From Eledone cirrhosa (Eukaryota): a stretch of 64,000 nucleotides of DNA. Position numbers and translations under genes: made by a program. The DNA lies in the NCBI GenBank assembly GCA_964016885.1, contig OZ024741.1, positions 367,102,001 through 367,166,000 of the forward strand. The letters run 5' to 3'. The number at the start of each line of letters is the position of its first letter. Position 1 is the first letter of the stretch. Under the pieces are notes generated by a model. That model did no database searches. It had not been told where the DNA came from and saw nothing but the letters and a program-made list of their open reading frames with translations. This document shows, one piece after another, positions 1 to 63,679 of the stretch.

Positions 1-80
1 TGGACTGGCTGCAACATGTTGTGGAACCAGTACTAGAGTGGTTTTCACATGTTTGGCCAGGCTGAAGAATACCCTCAATC

Positions 81-160
81 CCTACTACAAAGGTTTCTAT
101 TTTGTCACAACAATATCACAATTTATTTTGGATGAGGTGATCCAATATCATCAGAAAGCA
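81..160 (-). ncRNA. Hammerhead ribozyme motif (type I, PLE-like), stem I degenerate
   Basis: Minus strand reads CTGATGA-tatt...aata-GAAA-cctttg-TA; the core is intact but stem I pairing is poor. Confidence 0.45.
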
Positions 161-502
161 CTGTGTACTAGCAATTCTACCCAATACCTTAAGCTGTCAT
201 ATATTTGTTTATTTTTAACCAAATGTTCAATACACGCTTAGTTGCAAAGAAAATATCAAGAATACATGGGAAAACAAATACCTGAAAGTCATCTTAATCT
301 AGATTGATGTCTTGTAGATTATCTGATTGGTGTATTTTGGATTGCTTGGAAAATTCTTTCGGCTTTTTGATTTAGAAAATGTGTATTTAGTATTAGACTG
401 TCATTTCTAACTGCTTACTGCTAAATTGGTTGGCATAACTGGAAATTCTTAGTCACTACCCTCTCTCTCTTTTTCTTTATCTCTCACTATATATATGCAT
501 AG

Positions 503-635
503 TAATGATATTACACAATATTGTGTTGGCTACCACCTGGTTTCATACTTAAACAGATCATTTTAAGATATGACATACTGTTTTGAATTAGGCTTTACAT
601 ATAGCTAATTAATATAATGTTGTGTAATATCATTA
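503..635. repeat. Small inverted-repeat element (19-bp arms)
   Basis: taatgatattacacaatat (503-521) vs atgttgtgtaatatcatta (617-635). Confidence 0.5.
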
Positions 636-3420
636 TGTAAATATATAGCTCTTCTACTGATATAGAGCATTCTCATCACTTGTTTATTGTTACACTATAT
701 ACGTGTGTCTATATGGTCTCTGGTGGACTTGTGATAAGAAAACTGAGTTTACTATTTATTCCTACATTTCTCTATACAAATTAATTTGAAGAAAATATCA
801 AAGTCTAATTTTAGCACGTAACATATGAGTTTCAAGAAGACTGAGAAGGTTTTGATGTTGTCGTGAACAAAGTATCTGTTGCTTTACATTCTGAATTCAA
901 ATCCAACTACAATCCACTTTGTCTTTCATTTGGTGGTGATAAAATAGAATAACAGTTGACTACCATGTTGATATAATTGGCCATATAACCTCAACAAAAA
1001 GAAAAGAGATGTTTATCATTTTTACTAGTTTCATCATTAGACAATGGCCACACTAGTTATTCTCTTAAAGGGATACAGTTATCATATTGACCCCAGTACT
1101 TATTATTTTCAAGTCTGGTACATCAATCACTTTATTTCAAACCACTAATTTGTAGTTTCTATCTATCAAATAACATTTGCCCAAAGTGCCACATAGTGGA
1201 AATGAACTTGAAGTGACATGGTTGCAAAGCAATTTTAGAAATAAATACATTATTACTGATGTTAAAAATAGAGTAAAGAATTATTGAACCTCCCCAAATA
1301 GGATAGTATTATTCAAGTGTTTATTCAATGTTTTCCAAATTTAACCTGTTTGATATCAAATTGCATGAAACTATATGGGGTTCTGTGATACAAAGCTGTT
1401 TATATTATGTTTATCCCAAAAAGATTCCATCATAATTTTTTGTACAAACCTTCAACCTTTCTGGTACCAACCCAGCCAAAATTTGTTCTGGTTCTATGAA
1501 ACAAAATAATTCATTTTAAAGGGTTCCTATTTAAATTAAAATCTTACAACATAATCTTAATACCAGAACCTTTTGTTAGTAATGAACGAATTTTAATAAA
1601 TTACTTAAATTAATTAATTAAAATAATATATTTCATTAGACATTTGGTCACAAAAGTGTCAAATTAAGAGCCACTCATGAGCTTAATAAAGAGGAAGTCA
1701 ATTATATTACTAAATTCCTCTAGCTTCTTGATTATTTTCCAAATGATTTGAAAATCATAGGCAATAGCCTTCATTACAAATATGGTGACTAAAGGGTTAA
1801 ATTAGTAAATTTCTGAGTGATTCTTTTCTACACAGGCATAAACATGGTTAAGTAGTTTGCTTCACAGCCTTGTGGTTTCAGATTCAATCCCACTGTAGTA
1901 CTTTGTCCAAGTGTCTTATAGCCTTGGTTTGACCATTGTCTTGGGAGCAGAATTGTTTGAATGGAAACCGCCCTGAAACCCTATGTATATTTGTGTGCAC
2001 AAAAAAAGCTGTGTTAAAAATGTGTAACGTAGTAATTCGACAAATATTAATAAATAAAATAAGTACTGTAATTGATATGATCAACTGAAATCTTTGAAAA
2101 CTGTGCTCTAGCATGGCCATAATTCACTAACTTTATATTGGTGTTGCTTTGTTCATATCAACCTCATTGAGGTTTAATATTCTGTTGTTTTGTTCAATTA
2201 GAATTATCACTGAATATATGGATGCAGCATGGATGGATAATTATGTAGTTCATTTCACAATCATGAGGTTCCTGGTTTAATCTCACATTGTCATGTTGAT
2301 TCAACTTGGGAATTACATTAGTGTACATGGATGTCTGTAGAATACTCAACCACTTAGACATTAATTCATGAATTGAATGTACAACTGATTGGTTAAACAA
2401 CTAAATGTTAATTATGAAATCATTATTCAATGTGCCCAATCATTTTTGTTTTTTAAGATGTTAGAGTGTAATTTGAGGGAGATTTGTCTGTTAATTCAAG
2501 CATGTTGAAGGATCATGTATATGCTTGCTCAGTAATGCCTTTATTATTTTCCTGCCGAGATTAACTTTGCCTTTTATCCTTCTGGGATCATTAAAATAAG
2601 TATCAATAAACCAAAAAAAGATTCTTTTCCTTGTGCCTTAATTAGAAGCCATTCAAAGGGGCAAAATATTGCATGATCATCATTTTACATCCACTTTTCA
2701 TGCTAGCATGGCTTGGAAAGGTTGTCACAGTTGGAGGCGTGGTGGGCCGGAAAATACATTTGGCTCATACATTCCATATTTTGGCATTTTTTCTATGGCT
2801 AGATGCTTTTCCAAATGCCAACCAATTTGTAGTGTGTTCTGGGTGCAATTTATCATGGTGCAAACATTACCACTATAGGGTTTATTGGGTACATTTCATT
2901 GTGGCACCAGTACTGCCACTTTACACAGTATACTTTGAGGTTTGAATTAGTTTTATGAAGATGATATTTTTGTAGCGTTATATTGAGCTAGAAATAGATA
3001 AAAAGAAAAAATAATTCATATCACATGATATTACTTTCACCCCATTGTTAATTAACATTGCTAAGTTGGCATTTAAAGTGTACAAAATATTTTATTGTTG
3101 ATATTATTATTTTTAAACATTTGTTTGTATTTTTATTGTTTTTCATTTGAAACTGAAACTTTTAAGGATTTATTTTGTGTGTGATTGTGACATTTAATCA
3201 TTTTGATATCAACTCTCCTGAAACTACCATTGGTTCTATCTACAATACAAAACTTTGTTTCAAAGGGTTTATATTTAACTAAAAACCTTCCAGCATAACC
3301 TTATGTAAGGCCGTTTATGTTATATTCCAAACAGCAGATAATGGGAAAGTTTGTTATATTACTAAATCCTTCCAAATGCCTTTGTTTCGAAATATGATAA
3401 TGAAATGGCTAATGGATTGT

Positions 3421-3476
<56 letters not shown>

Positions 3477-3504
3477 ATGTGTATACAGATATAAATAAAT
3501 GAAA

Positions 3505-3820
3505 GCAATGGTTTAGTGGTTAGAGCGTTGGGCTTGCAGTCAATTCCCAAACTGGGTGATGCATTGTCCTTGAGCAAGACAGTTTATTTCACGTTGTTCC
3601 AGTTTACTCAGCTGTAGAAATGATTTGTGATGTCAACGAGGCCAAGCTGTATTGACCATTGTCTTTCTCGTGAGCAACATCAGTGGTATGGAGAGGGGGG
3701 ACCGGTTTTCATGGACAACTGCTAGTCTTCTACAAACAGCCTTGTCCGTACTTATGCCTCAGAGGGGAACCTTCTAGGTGCAAATCCCATGGTCATTTGT
3801 GACCGAAACAGGGTTTTTAC
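3505..3820 (+). mobile_element. tRNA-derived SINE (degenerate)
   Basis: A-box-like tggtttagtggttag, then gtccttgagcaagacag...ccagtttactcagctg; related heads recur at about 7105, 9538, 15460 and (-) 43400-43550. Confidence 0.6.
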
Positions 3821-4021
3821 CCATGTGTGTGTGTGTGTGTGTGTATATGTATATATATATATATATATAAACCTCAAAGTATTTAAATAAGTTACTGTCC
3901 TAAAACGTCTTGTAACTGGGTATTAGTTTATATTCTTATTCTATTAAATCAGTTTGATGTACATGGTTTTATCATTAGTTCTTCATTAAATACTATATTT
4001 TCTTTCTTTTGTGTATTAAAG

Positions 4022-53549
<49,528 letters not shown>

Positions 53550-53969
53550 CAATGGGGTGTGGTTGGTGGAGGACTTGCAATTTTTTTCATTCATGCCACC
53601 ACCTCTCCCCATCCAACAATTTAAATTTAAAAAAAAAGTAAAAACAAAAAAAAGCCTGCAAAATAAATTACAGAACTTTAACTGTGTTAGCCATCCTTCC
53701 ACCATCACCAGCATGACCAACTAACTTTTTTTTTAAATTTATTTTTCATACATACCTATATATACACACACACACACACACTTTTTTTTAATATACATAT
53801 TTTCGTTGTTTTTTTTATACCTGCTGCATTTTTTTTTTCTAATTTAAATAATCCCCTTCTTCTAGCAGTTAGTTCTGGTGTGTCCTCCTCCTGCTGCTGC
53901 TGATGCAGCAGTTTTGATACAGAGAAAAACTGAAGCTCTGGCCCTGCTTCAATTACTCCTCACTATATA

Positions 53970-53979
53970 AATAAATAAA
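53970..53979 (+). promoter_or_regulatory. Candidate SRPK polyadenylation signal (overlapping AATAAA x2)
   Basis: AATAAATAAA about 420 nt after the stop, followed by a GT-rich stretch (ctgttgtcttggtctt). Confidence 0.4.
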
Positions 53980-54645
53980 GTGGTCTTAAAAAAAAAAAAG
54001 TATCAATCTGTTGTCTTGGTCTTATGCTACCAGACAGTTTTCCCTGAGAAAAAGGCGAAATAGCTGCATTACCTTCCGTCGAAGCCTTCTGATTGATGGA
54101 CCAGTTTGTGTTAGGTTTCCTACACAGAAATACAACCTAATCCTTTTGTTACCATATTTCTAATGAAAAACACTGCCTATTATTTTTAGATCATTTTTAA
54201 AATAATTAAAAATGTAACTAACTTTCTCATTATTAGGCCCATGTTTGGAATATAACTCTGCAGTTTCTTATATAAAATTATGATGGAAGACTTTTAGATA
54301 GATATATAAATATTTCCAGATGAACAGCTTCATATGATGTGACTAATAGCAGTTTCATGCATTTTGGTATCAAAAAGGATTAAATAACTGTATTGCCCTT
54401 CATTAAAGCCTCCTGATTGACCAGCTTGTATTAAGGTTTCCTACACAGACAAAAAATCTATGCAAGGATGTAGATTAAATACTGTTTTTCAGTATTGCGC
54501 ACACAAGCTTTTTAAGTTTAGTGATTTATATTTCCTCCTCACTGCTGTCTCCAATTCACTACTACTACTTCATCTAGTTCTGAGTGCCATGTTAATATAT
54601 TTCTACAATTCTTTAACATATGAAGCTTCTTCCTCCAATGTTACT

Positions 54646-54685
<40 letters not shown>

Positions 54686-55257
54686 AAATCTATCATCATC
54701 GTTTCATTCTTGGAATGGTCTCAAATCCTCAGGAGATGATATGGAAGATGCCATCTTGTTTGCTCAGTAACTTAAAAAAGAAATCATTTGTTGTTGTAGT
54801 CTTTGGGATGGGGGTAATGTATCAGTAGTTGTTTTTATTTTGCAGGAACCATTTTTCGAAATAATAAAAAAAAAAAAAAAAAAAAAAAAAAGTATTTTTC
54901 ATATTTCTGAAGATAAGTCTTCTCAAGTGTTACAGTTTATTTAACCCTTTCGTTGCCATATTTCTCATGCAAGACACTGCCTGTATTGTGGAATCAAGTC
55001 ATTTCAGGCAATTTGGTATCAAAAGGTTTTTAATTCTTTCCTTACCATATTTTTAATAATTTTTTTTGTAAATAAACAAGATTTGAAGAAATTTATTTAA
55101 TATAACTTTGATGTTTGGAGAATAACTTTACTAAGACACATAAATAAAACACTTCAAAACAATTTTGTATCAAGGTACCAGTTTCAAAAGGGTTAAATAA
55201 TTATTTTATTTTTTAAATACACAAAGAAACAGGTGATAAGTTTGAAGATATTTAAAT

Positions 55258-55263
55258 TTTATT
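55258..55263 (-). promoter_or_regulatory. Candidate plastin polyadenylation signal
   Basis: AATAAA on the - strand about 410 nt after the stop, with downstream tgtttctttgtgt. Confidence 0.4.
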
Positions 55264-55671
55264 AACATAATTGTACAGTAAATAAAAAAAATTGGAATGG
55301 GGAAGCTTAGTCTAGCGATAAAGATAAATATTGAAGATGGGTGATAAAATTTAGCTTTTGTTTGTTGGTTGTGAGACTCAATGCTTGGAAGTATTACAAC
55401 TGAACAGAAATAGCATTTATCTAGAGAGGAGATATATTATTATACAATTGAATAAAACGTGCATTATTATTAAGAAATGATTTAATAATGTTTAAAAAAA
55501 TGTTTTAACAGATGTGCTAATTTTTTTTTTTTTTTTATGAGCAATTTGCTTTAGAAAGTATGTTAGGAGGGGTACCCTCCAAAACAGGGCTCCTCTCCCT
55601 TGTGCCAAGAACTACAGCTCTTGACTTTTATGTTGGTCAATGAAATACAGCAACATCAAGCTTTGCATTTT

Positions 55672-55845
55672 TTACTCTTCTTCAATCGAGTTGCTGTTCA
55701 CCTCAATATCTAGTGCCATTAAGCAAGCGAAAATTGTCAGGATCATTTTCGGCTTTACTTCCACAATATCCTCAGGTAAGGCATAAACACGGGCTCCTAT
55801 TTTGCGGGACATTGAAATGGCATATTTGGCGTTGTCAAGACGATC
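55672..55845 (-). CDS. PLS3: Plastin last exon ([17 protein letters not shown]...SIEEE*)
   Basis: ttgcag| acceptor, TAA at 55674-55672. Confidence 0.96.
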   Translation of the reverse strand, partial: DRLDNAKYAISMSRKIGARVYALPEDIVEVKPKMILTIFACLMALDIEVNSNSIEEE

Positions 55846-58800
55846 CTGCAAATAAATAAAAGGGAAAGTTAGTTGAGGCATGGCTTATAATACTGCCTAC
55901 GATTTCCTCATAAGCTGGCGTTTGTAAAAGAAAAACAATTAGACAGAAGCAAAGCATGTGTTGTAGTTGTCAGCCATATGTTATTTATTCTCATCACAAA
56001 GTCCTTTTTGAAGCAATTTTATGGGTTTGTGGATATTTCTAATTAAATAATAGGCTCAGCTTCATCATCGTTTAAACGTCCATCTTCCATGCTTGCATGG
56101 GTTTGGACGGGAGTTTTCCCGCTTGAGGCAAGATTGGTTGTCCTGCTTGTCGTATAGGACTCAGGAAGGGCATCCAGCCGTAGAAAACCTGCCAAACACC
56201 AACCACGTTTACAGAGTGGACTGGGAGGTTTTTACCGTGTTACCTACACGGCCACATTACAGCGTGGACTTTTTTTTTTTTTTCTTTTTTGTCGTGACAC
56301 CTACACGACCTCATTTGTTTCGGACTGGATGTTGTGGTACCAACATAAGGAGGTAGTGGGACGGGGGTGTATTTTGTTAGAGGTGCCTACTGACTGTAGG
56401 TTTCGCTTTGTACTTAGGCAAGGCGGGTCATCTGTATGACTCGCGCCAAAGCTCTCGGTCCAGTGATATTGTCTTAGAGAGGTGTAAGTGTGAGGTCGGA
56501 ATTTATCAAGTCGTCCCAGGTTTTTCTGGGTCTGGCTAACGTCTATTTTTTTTATTGCCCTGCACTTTTTTATACAGCTGTCGTCTTTCATGCGCATCAC
56601 GTGACCGTACCAACGTAGTCTTCTCTCGAGTAAACAACATCTGATCCCTCAGTTCGTTTATGCTTTGCCGTTCACATATATTACTATTACACATCCAGCG
56701 GAGCATGCAAGCTTCGTTCCTCTCCAGTCTGCGTATATCCTCTGCACCCAAGCCCAGCTCTCACTGCCATGTAACATTGCTGTTCGTATGCAGGCATCAT
56801 ACAGCCTGCCTTTCATTTTTAGAGAGAACCCTTTAGTGGCCAATAGTGGTATAAGCTCTCTGAACTTTTTCCATCCCATTCTGACTCTAGCTACTGTACT
56901 TTCAGAGAACCCCCCCCCCCCCCCCCCCCCCCCCACTGCTGGTTTTGTCACCCAGGTAACGGAAGCTGTCCACTATTTCTAGAACCATCTGTGCAATGAA
57001 ATGAGCTAGTATTCTGTGGGCACTTGCTGCTACTTATTGCACCAGAGCACCGGCCACATATAAAATCTATATTCTTAGATAGCTTACCTGTGATCCCACT
57101 ACATCTTTTATGCACCCATACTTTGCATTTGGGAAATAAAATGGAATTTCTGCCTACTCCTTTCCTACACACTGAGCATGGCCATTTCCCTGTGGGCACC
57201 TGTACCTTATTTTCCTTTCTACAAACTAGAACTTTAGTCTTAGACAAGTTAACTTTAAGGCCTTTTGATTCTAGGCCATGCTTCCATGTTTGGAATTTCT
57301 TCTCTAGTTCAGCCATTGATTCAGCTGTAAGCGTTAGATCATCTACATATAGGAGTTCCTATGAGCAGCCGGTCTTGAACTCCTCTGTTAGAGCCTGAAG
57401 GGCAATAATAAATAGTAGGGGGCTAAGAACGGAGCCCTGATGAACACCAACTTTTATGCTAAACTCTTCACTATATTCGCTGTTAATTCTAACCTTGCTG
57501 ACTGTTTCTTTTACGTGGCTTGTATAGCTCTCACAAGCCATTCATCAACAGTTTTCCAAGAGCCCACCAGATAATGGAGCGGGGGACTCTGTCAAAGGCT
57601 TTCTGCAAGTAAACAAAAGCTAAGTATAGGGGTTTACTTTTAGCTAGGTACTTCTCCTGTAGTTGTACAATGAAAAGAGCGTCTGTGGTACTTTTGCCTG
57701 ACACAAACCCGAACTGCATTTCATCTAGATCAATTCATTCTCTGATTAGTTGCGCTATTACTTTTTCTGTGACCTTCATGACCTGGTCGATTAATTTAAT
57801 GCCTCTACAGTTACCCCTATCTAGGGCATCTCCTTTACCCTTGTAGCAGTTAATGATGATGCTGCTACGCCAGTCCTTCGGAACGGCCCCATTCTGTATG
57901 ACTTGGTTTACCATCTGGGTGACCATAGTGTGTTCCACCGTTCCAGATGCTTTCAGCAACTATTTCCGAAGGCCCAGCCGCCTTACCCATCTTCATATCT
58001 TTGATTGCCTTACTTATTATACTACCTTCAACTAGCCCTGCTGGTCCCTCTATTGTATCGATGTGGGGGAGATTGTCTTTCTCCTCATTTAGTGACACTT
58101 CAAAGCTACCTTCTTATCAGCGTCAGTGATGGCAAGTACACCATCATCACACTTCTCCCCGACAATATCACGGTTTTCCTTGACACAGCTTGTATATATT
58201 ATATAAACTTACTTCATTATTTTCGCAGTCTTTGACAAAGCTGTAGTTGACAGAATTAGGTTTAATAGCATCAACCAGATCAATAATGGCCCGGCCAGTT
58301 GATAAACTTGAATCACTAAAACCTGTAACAGTGGAAGTCTTTTCAGATGACTTTAGCTGGAAAAAAAAAAAAAGCGAATTAAAAAAGTTAGGGTGAAATA
58401 AACTTCAGATGTTAAACTCAAAATCAAGGTTGTGCCTGGGACCAAACAGGACATTGTGTTCTTGAGCAAGATGCTTCATTTTACTTCATGATAGAGCAGG
58501 GGCCCCTCTCATTAAACGACCTAAGAAAACTGAGTTAAACCATGTGAGAAGCCAGCTAAACTTACATTATATAGGTGGGAGCTGTAAATTTCATGTTACA
58601 CCTCTGTAGGTGTGAATTGAAGCGTCTTGCTCAATAGAATGTGTCAACTGGTCCAGAAATGAAAACCCACAACGTTATGATCAAGAATCTAACCACTAGG
58701 TCACATGTCTTCACAACCTATATAGGTTCAGCTGGCTTCCTATGAGGTTGCATCAACATATGTTCCCATATTTCTAATAATATACATTACCCATGTTTCA

Positions 58801-61800
58801 ATTTATTTTGAAAGAATCTTAGGCAGTGCCTCAGATTGGCCATAGTCTAATGACTAAAACCAATAAAAGAAAAATCTAGTATAATATTCATTTCTCTTTT
58901 TCTTTAGCTGAACAGCATTAAATGAAGTGTCATGCTATCTGGTATAGAAATTGAATCTATGATCTTATGATTGTAAGACCACATGCCTTCAAATTTTGGG
59001 ATGGATTTATGAAAGAGTGAGAAATAATTGCGACTTACTTTTTCATTAGCCCAGTTAATAATATCCTTCTCTCCGATATCCCTGTTTCCCATATCGGTGC
59101 TGCTTGCTAATTTTCGGAGAACATACAGTGTGTAAGCCCTCATCATCTGCCACACGATAGCTGTAATGACAAACCGATAGTCACTAGAGGTCTTAACTTC
59201 TCAAGTTATTTTGTGATGTTAGTTATCAGAAAATATATGAAAAGTGAACACCATTTCTTGTCTTTTTTTTATACTAAAAATAACTTTTTCACAATGTAAT
59301 TGTTTTAAAAGAAAAAAATACAACAATCATTTTTAAGGCCATTTTTCCTGTTATAGCAGGGATTAGTTAAAATTGTGGGTCTTATGTTTTTTTACTCATC
59401 ATGGAGTGTTATGGCTGAATCCCAACCCTTTTAGAAGCTTCTCACAACATGCAGGAATATGGTACACCCATTCTAAATCAGATACAGAAGGTTAAGAGAA
59501 ACCTTCTGTTGTGTTCTTGACACAGCAGCGTCCCCAGAACTGATGTAATGCACTCAGTATACTTCAGTAGAGTGGCTGGTGATAGGAAGGGCATCAAGCT
59601 AGGGGAAAAACATGCTAATACTGAAATATGTAAGCAAGACACAAGTTGCTATAGACCAAAGCTACTATCCCTTTAACCAAGTACTGGTTTGGACTTTTGG
59701 AACTCATCCAACCCATGCTAGCCTGGCAAAACGTTAAATGATGGTAATGCACACAGCTACAAAAAGTTTAAAGATAGTGCTGGTGCTATGATAAAGTACA
59801 TCCAGTACACTGTCAAGAGGTAGAGCTGATGCACCCAGGATATCCTATAAAGTGATTGGCATTAGAAAGGGCTTCCAATCATATAAACTATGCCAAAGGC
59901 ATGATTCAGTCTATAATGACTTGTCCAACCCATGCCAGCATGGTATGTGGACATGAAATGCTGGTGATGATTATTTGAGTACTTACCAAGGGTCAGTATT
60001 TTGTTATGACCAATATCAGGTCCACTGATTCCAACAATGGAGAATTTCATTTCTTTTCCAAGGTCAACAGCATAATTACAGTTTGCTGCAGAAGAGATTG
60101 AGACATTTGTCAATTTCATTGTTTACTGACTGAAAAAAGGCAACAGGGCCATTAAAATATGTTTGTTATATATACAGTGTGTGTGTAAATGATATTTCTT
60201 TTCACACCCTGTATATAAATATATATATAACAAACAAAACACAGCAGGCAATTTTTACAGTTATATTTTGTTCACGCTTGGTGAAAGTGGGGGAGGTTTA
60301 GGGGGAGAACAGTTAATTTAATATCTTGATTACAACATTGTAAAAATGCTGGAATCCAAGGTTTTCTTAACCATCTCCCATCATTGTATTTCAGTTAAAT
60401 CAATTAGAATAATTTTGTTCAACTCAAGTATTTATCTTTGGATTGCTAGGGGCAGGGATGAAATCAAGGGGTGTTATGAGACAACACACTAAGCCTTTGG
60501 ATACCAACCTGTCCCAAACTATCTGTTTCTATGAAACAAACCACCGATTTTAAAGGGCTCTTTATTTAAGCTAAAACCTATGATACAAATGCAATTTCAA
60601 TACTGAAATAATAATTTTAGTAAATTTTTCTTTAATTAATTAATATACAGTCTATTTCATTAGAAATACAGCCCTGAGCAGAGGTGAAATAACTAAATTA
60701 CCACCCTAAGGTCTATAACCAAAATAACATAAAAACATAAGTCTTGAATTAAAAAAAAATTCACTGTAAATTTACTATACAAGTTAAAAGGCTGTCCCAA
60801 GCCCAGAGGCTAATCAGGTCAGAACTAATCTTGATTTCATTGGTGTTAAATGACAGAGTACAAGATTCTTGCAGAGTTAGCTCCCAGTTCCTGCTGGTAC
60901 TTATTTTCAGCTAAATAGACTAGAGCAATGTGTAGTGTTTTCCTCAAGAATACATGATTCACAGTCCAGGAATTGAACTGATGACATTTATGATTATGAA
61001 TCCAACACTATCTCCATTATAGAGAAACACTTAAAAATTGAGTATATTTTCTGGAATTGGTAATCTGGCAATTTAATAGTAATACTGTAGGAGATGCGAG
61101 ATTGCTATCATTAGTTGATTGAGAACTGTACACCACCCCCTTGCTTGGTACACATCCTTATAACTTTCATATTCATCTAACTCCAACTCATTTTCTAGTT
61201 ACATTTGATAAATTCCTGTTCATTTGCTAAATATCACAATATCTCATCAATTTTAAGCAATCTAGACTTTGCTTTTAGAATAAGTGTAGGAAGAAAAGAT
61301 AAAGGAAAATAGCTGATTCTCAAATCGTTGGGATTTAAACTTTGAATGCACTGAGTCAGAACAAATATTGCAAAGCATCTTGTCCAACACTTCAACAATT
61401 GTGCCAATCCATCACCCCTAGACTGGTATTTAATCAACCCTGAAAGGATGAAAAGCAAAGTGACCTTGGTGAGTGCAGAGAGCTGGAACAAATATACTTA
61501 CAGATCTTCTCAAAGTTAGATTTCATTTTGTTGAAGGTTTTGATCACTTTATTCCAGTCCACTATTCCACCACTGACAATGTCAAAAAGCTGGAGTAAGA
61601 CGAGGCCATCAGTCAAGTCACTGTAGAGATTGTAAACAAATGGGTTGACACCAACACTGTTCATCCAATTACGGTAAGCTAAAAAAACATTGAAATAAAA
61701 TAGAAAGCAAATGAGATTTTGAATTGAAAATATGAATCACGGACAGTCCATGTCCATCTTAATTATTGAATAAACTAATTGGCCTAATTAGTAGTGGAGA

Positions 61801-63679
61801 AGGTTGCTCTGAAAGCATAGTAGCTACAATAAAAACAAGGAGATATGCAAAGGCATTTACTGCCCGTGTTTCACTACCATACAGCATTGCACTTCACACA
61901 CAGGCGTCACACAGCGATCTTTTTGTATGTAGGGAGTAACCTCTTGTTGTCAACAGTGGGAGTAGCTCCCTAAACTTCTTCCATCCTATCCTTAATTTAG
62001 CTATTATACTCTCAGAGCACTCTCCTTTGCTGCTAATTAAGTCGCCTAGATAGCAGAAACTATTAACCACTTTTCTGAATCTTTCATGTGATTAGAAAAC
62101 ATTTATATCACTGACACTCTTCCCATTGATTACCTCTGTGGATCTTTTGCATACAAAGTCTTCCCTTTCTATTAGTCTGCCTGTTATCCCATGACACCTC
62201 TTGTGTATCTAAGATTTACATTGTGCACATAGTATAGAGTTTATGCTTACTCCTTTTCTACATATTGAGCTGGACCACTTCCCTGAAGGAACCAGAGTCC
62301 TATCTTCGTTCCTACTTACTAGCACTTTAGTTTTGGCTAAGTTTACTCTTAGACCTTTTGATTCCAAATTCTGTTTCCATAGTCAGGACTTATTCTCTAG
62401 TTCTTTTATGGATTCAGCTTTATGGACTAGTTCATTTGCACAGAGATGTTCCCAAGGACAGCCAGTTTTAAACTCTACTTTCATGACCTAGAGAACTATA
62501 ATGAACAGCAATGGGCTCAGAACCGAACTCTGCTCCTTCAGTTCCTAATGCCAAACACATTACAGCATGTACTGGTTATCTTTCTCATGACACCACCACT
62601 ACCACCTTACAGAGTGAACTGGGTGCTTTTTTTTGTCATGGTACCAGATTATATATATATATAATACAACTAGCATAACTTAGTTAAAGTTAGAAAAAAA
62701 AACTAAACAATTCTTATTCGTTCCATAAAGCAATGGATTGTGTACTAGTAAAACCCATAATAAGCTACAATGCAGACAATGGTGTATGCTAACATACATA
62801 TGGCCTATGGTTGACACGAGCTACAAACATAAGGGGGATAATTCAATATTTGTTAAACTGTCAAGCTAATTTAATCAATTTTACAATAACTGTACAGCCG
62901 AAGTCTGTTTCTATATTCATACGCGTGTGCGACTTAATCTGAGTTTAAATTGTGTTTGTTCTTATGTCCCATGAATTAGCGCTTCAACAAAAAGAAACCA
63001 TTGAAACCAGTACTAGACTTGAAAAATTAAATTCTGATTTATGTATGTACCCATAACTCCTGATGGAGTCATATGAAGCATTGTTGTAACATACAGCGAG
63101 TCTTGGGCAATTTTTAAACCTAATGGAGCCCATCACTTCTCTAGATCTAAACACAGCCAATTTCTTCTAGAGAAGGAGAATGCAATAAAGAGGAAGTAAG
63201 AAAGGAATAGGGAGGAAGAATGCAACTTAATATTGGACAGGTACATTTTTTGTCAACCTAAAAACAATGAAAGGCAAAATTGGCCTGAGTGAAATATGAA
63301 CTCAGAACATAGAATGCTGGAATGAATATTGCAAAACATTCCATCAGACGTTCTAATGACTGCCATTTTACCACATTACTGGAGTCAATATGATAGTGCC
63401 CTTTATCGCAGTGCCCCAGCATGGCTACAATCAAATTACTAAAACCAATAAAAGAATTATAAGCTTACTTTTCTCTTCACGTGTTTCGTCAATGAGAACC
63501 AAATCTACATCAGTTGGTGCTTTGTCAAGAGCAGGGTAGGTGTTGAAAAGGTTAGCTACAAATGCTAAATTGAGTTTGTAATTATGATTGACAACATCAT
63601 TTGGTGTTATGAAACTACGGCAACCAATTTTATTAGCTTCTTGTAGCATACACTCTGCTTTTTTATGAAGATCATTGAC
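55672..63679 (-). CDS. PLS3: Plastin/fimbrin (actin-bundling protein), 3' six exons covering the end of CH2, CH3 and CH4; 5' part lies beyond the window
   Basis: Spliced 927-nt frame encodes [70 protein letters not shown] and [39 protein letters not shown]. The symbol denotes the family, since invertebrates usually have a single plastin. Confidence 0.96.
56062..58190 (-). mobile_element. Longest RTE-clade LINE copy (about 2.1 kb, frameshifted RT) filling the last plastin intron
   Basis: [64 protein letters not shown]-like insert, 3' UTR and (GAT)n tail. Confidence 0.94.
58213..58356 (-). CDS. PLS3: Plastin exon ([33 protein letters not shown]...ENNE)
   Basis: tttccag| acceptor, |gtaagt donor. 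Confidence 0.94.
59039..59160 (-). CDS. PLS3: Plastin exon ([15 protein letters not shown]...IINWANEK)
   Basis: tacag| acceptor, |gtaagt donor. Confidence 0.95.
59987..60085 (-). CDS. PLS3: Plastin exon ([32 protein letters not shown])
   Basis: ctgcag| acceptor, |gtaagt donor. Confidence 0.94.
61502..61678 (-). CDS. PLS3: Plastin exon ([25 protein letters not shown]...NFEKI)
   Basis: tttttag| acceptor, |gtaagt donor. Confidence 0.96.
61862..62530 (-). mobile_element. Degenerate RTE LINE RT fragment
   Basis: Minus strand [24 protein letters not shown] and [11 protein letters not shown] remnants. Confidence 0.8.
63469..63679 (-). CDS. PLS3: Plastin exon ([12 protein letters not shown]...[16 protein letters not shown]...ETREEK)
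   Basis: ctccag| acceptor, |gtaagc donor. Confidence 0.95.
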
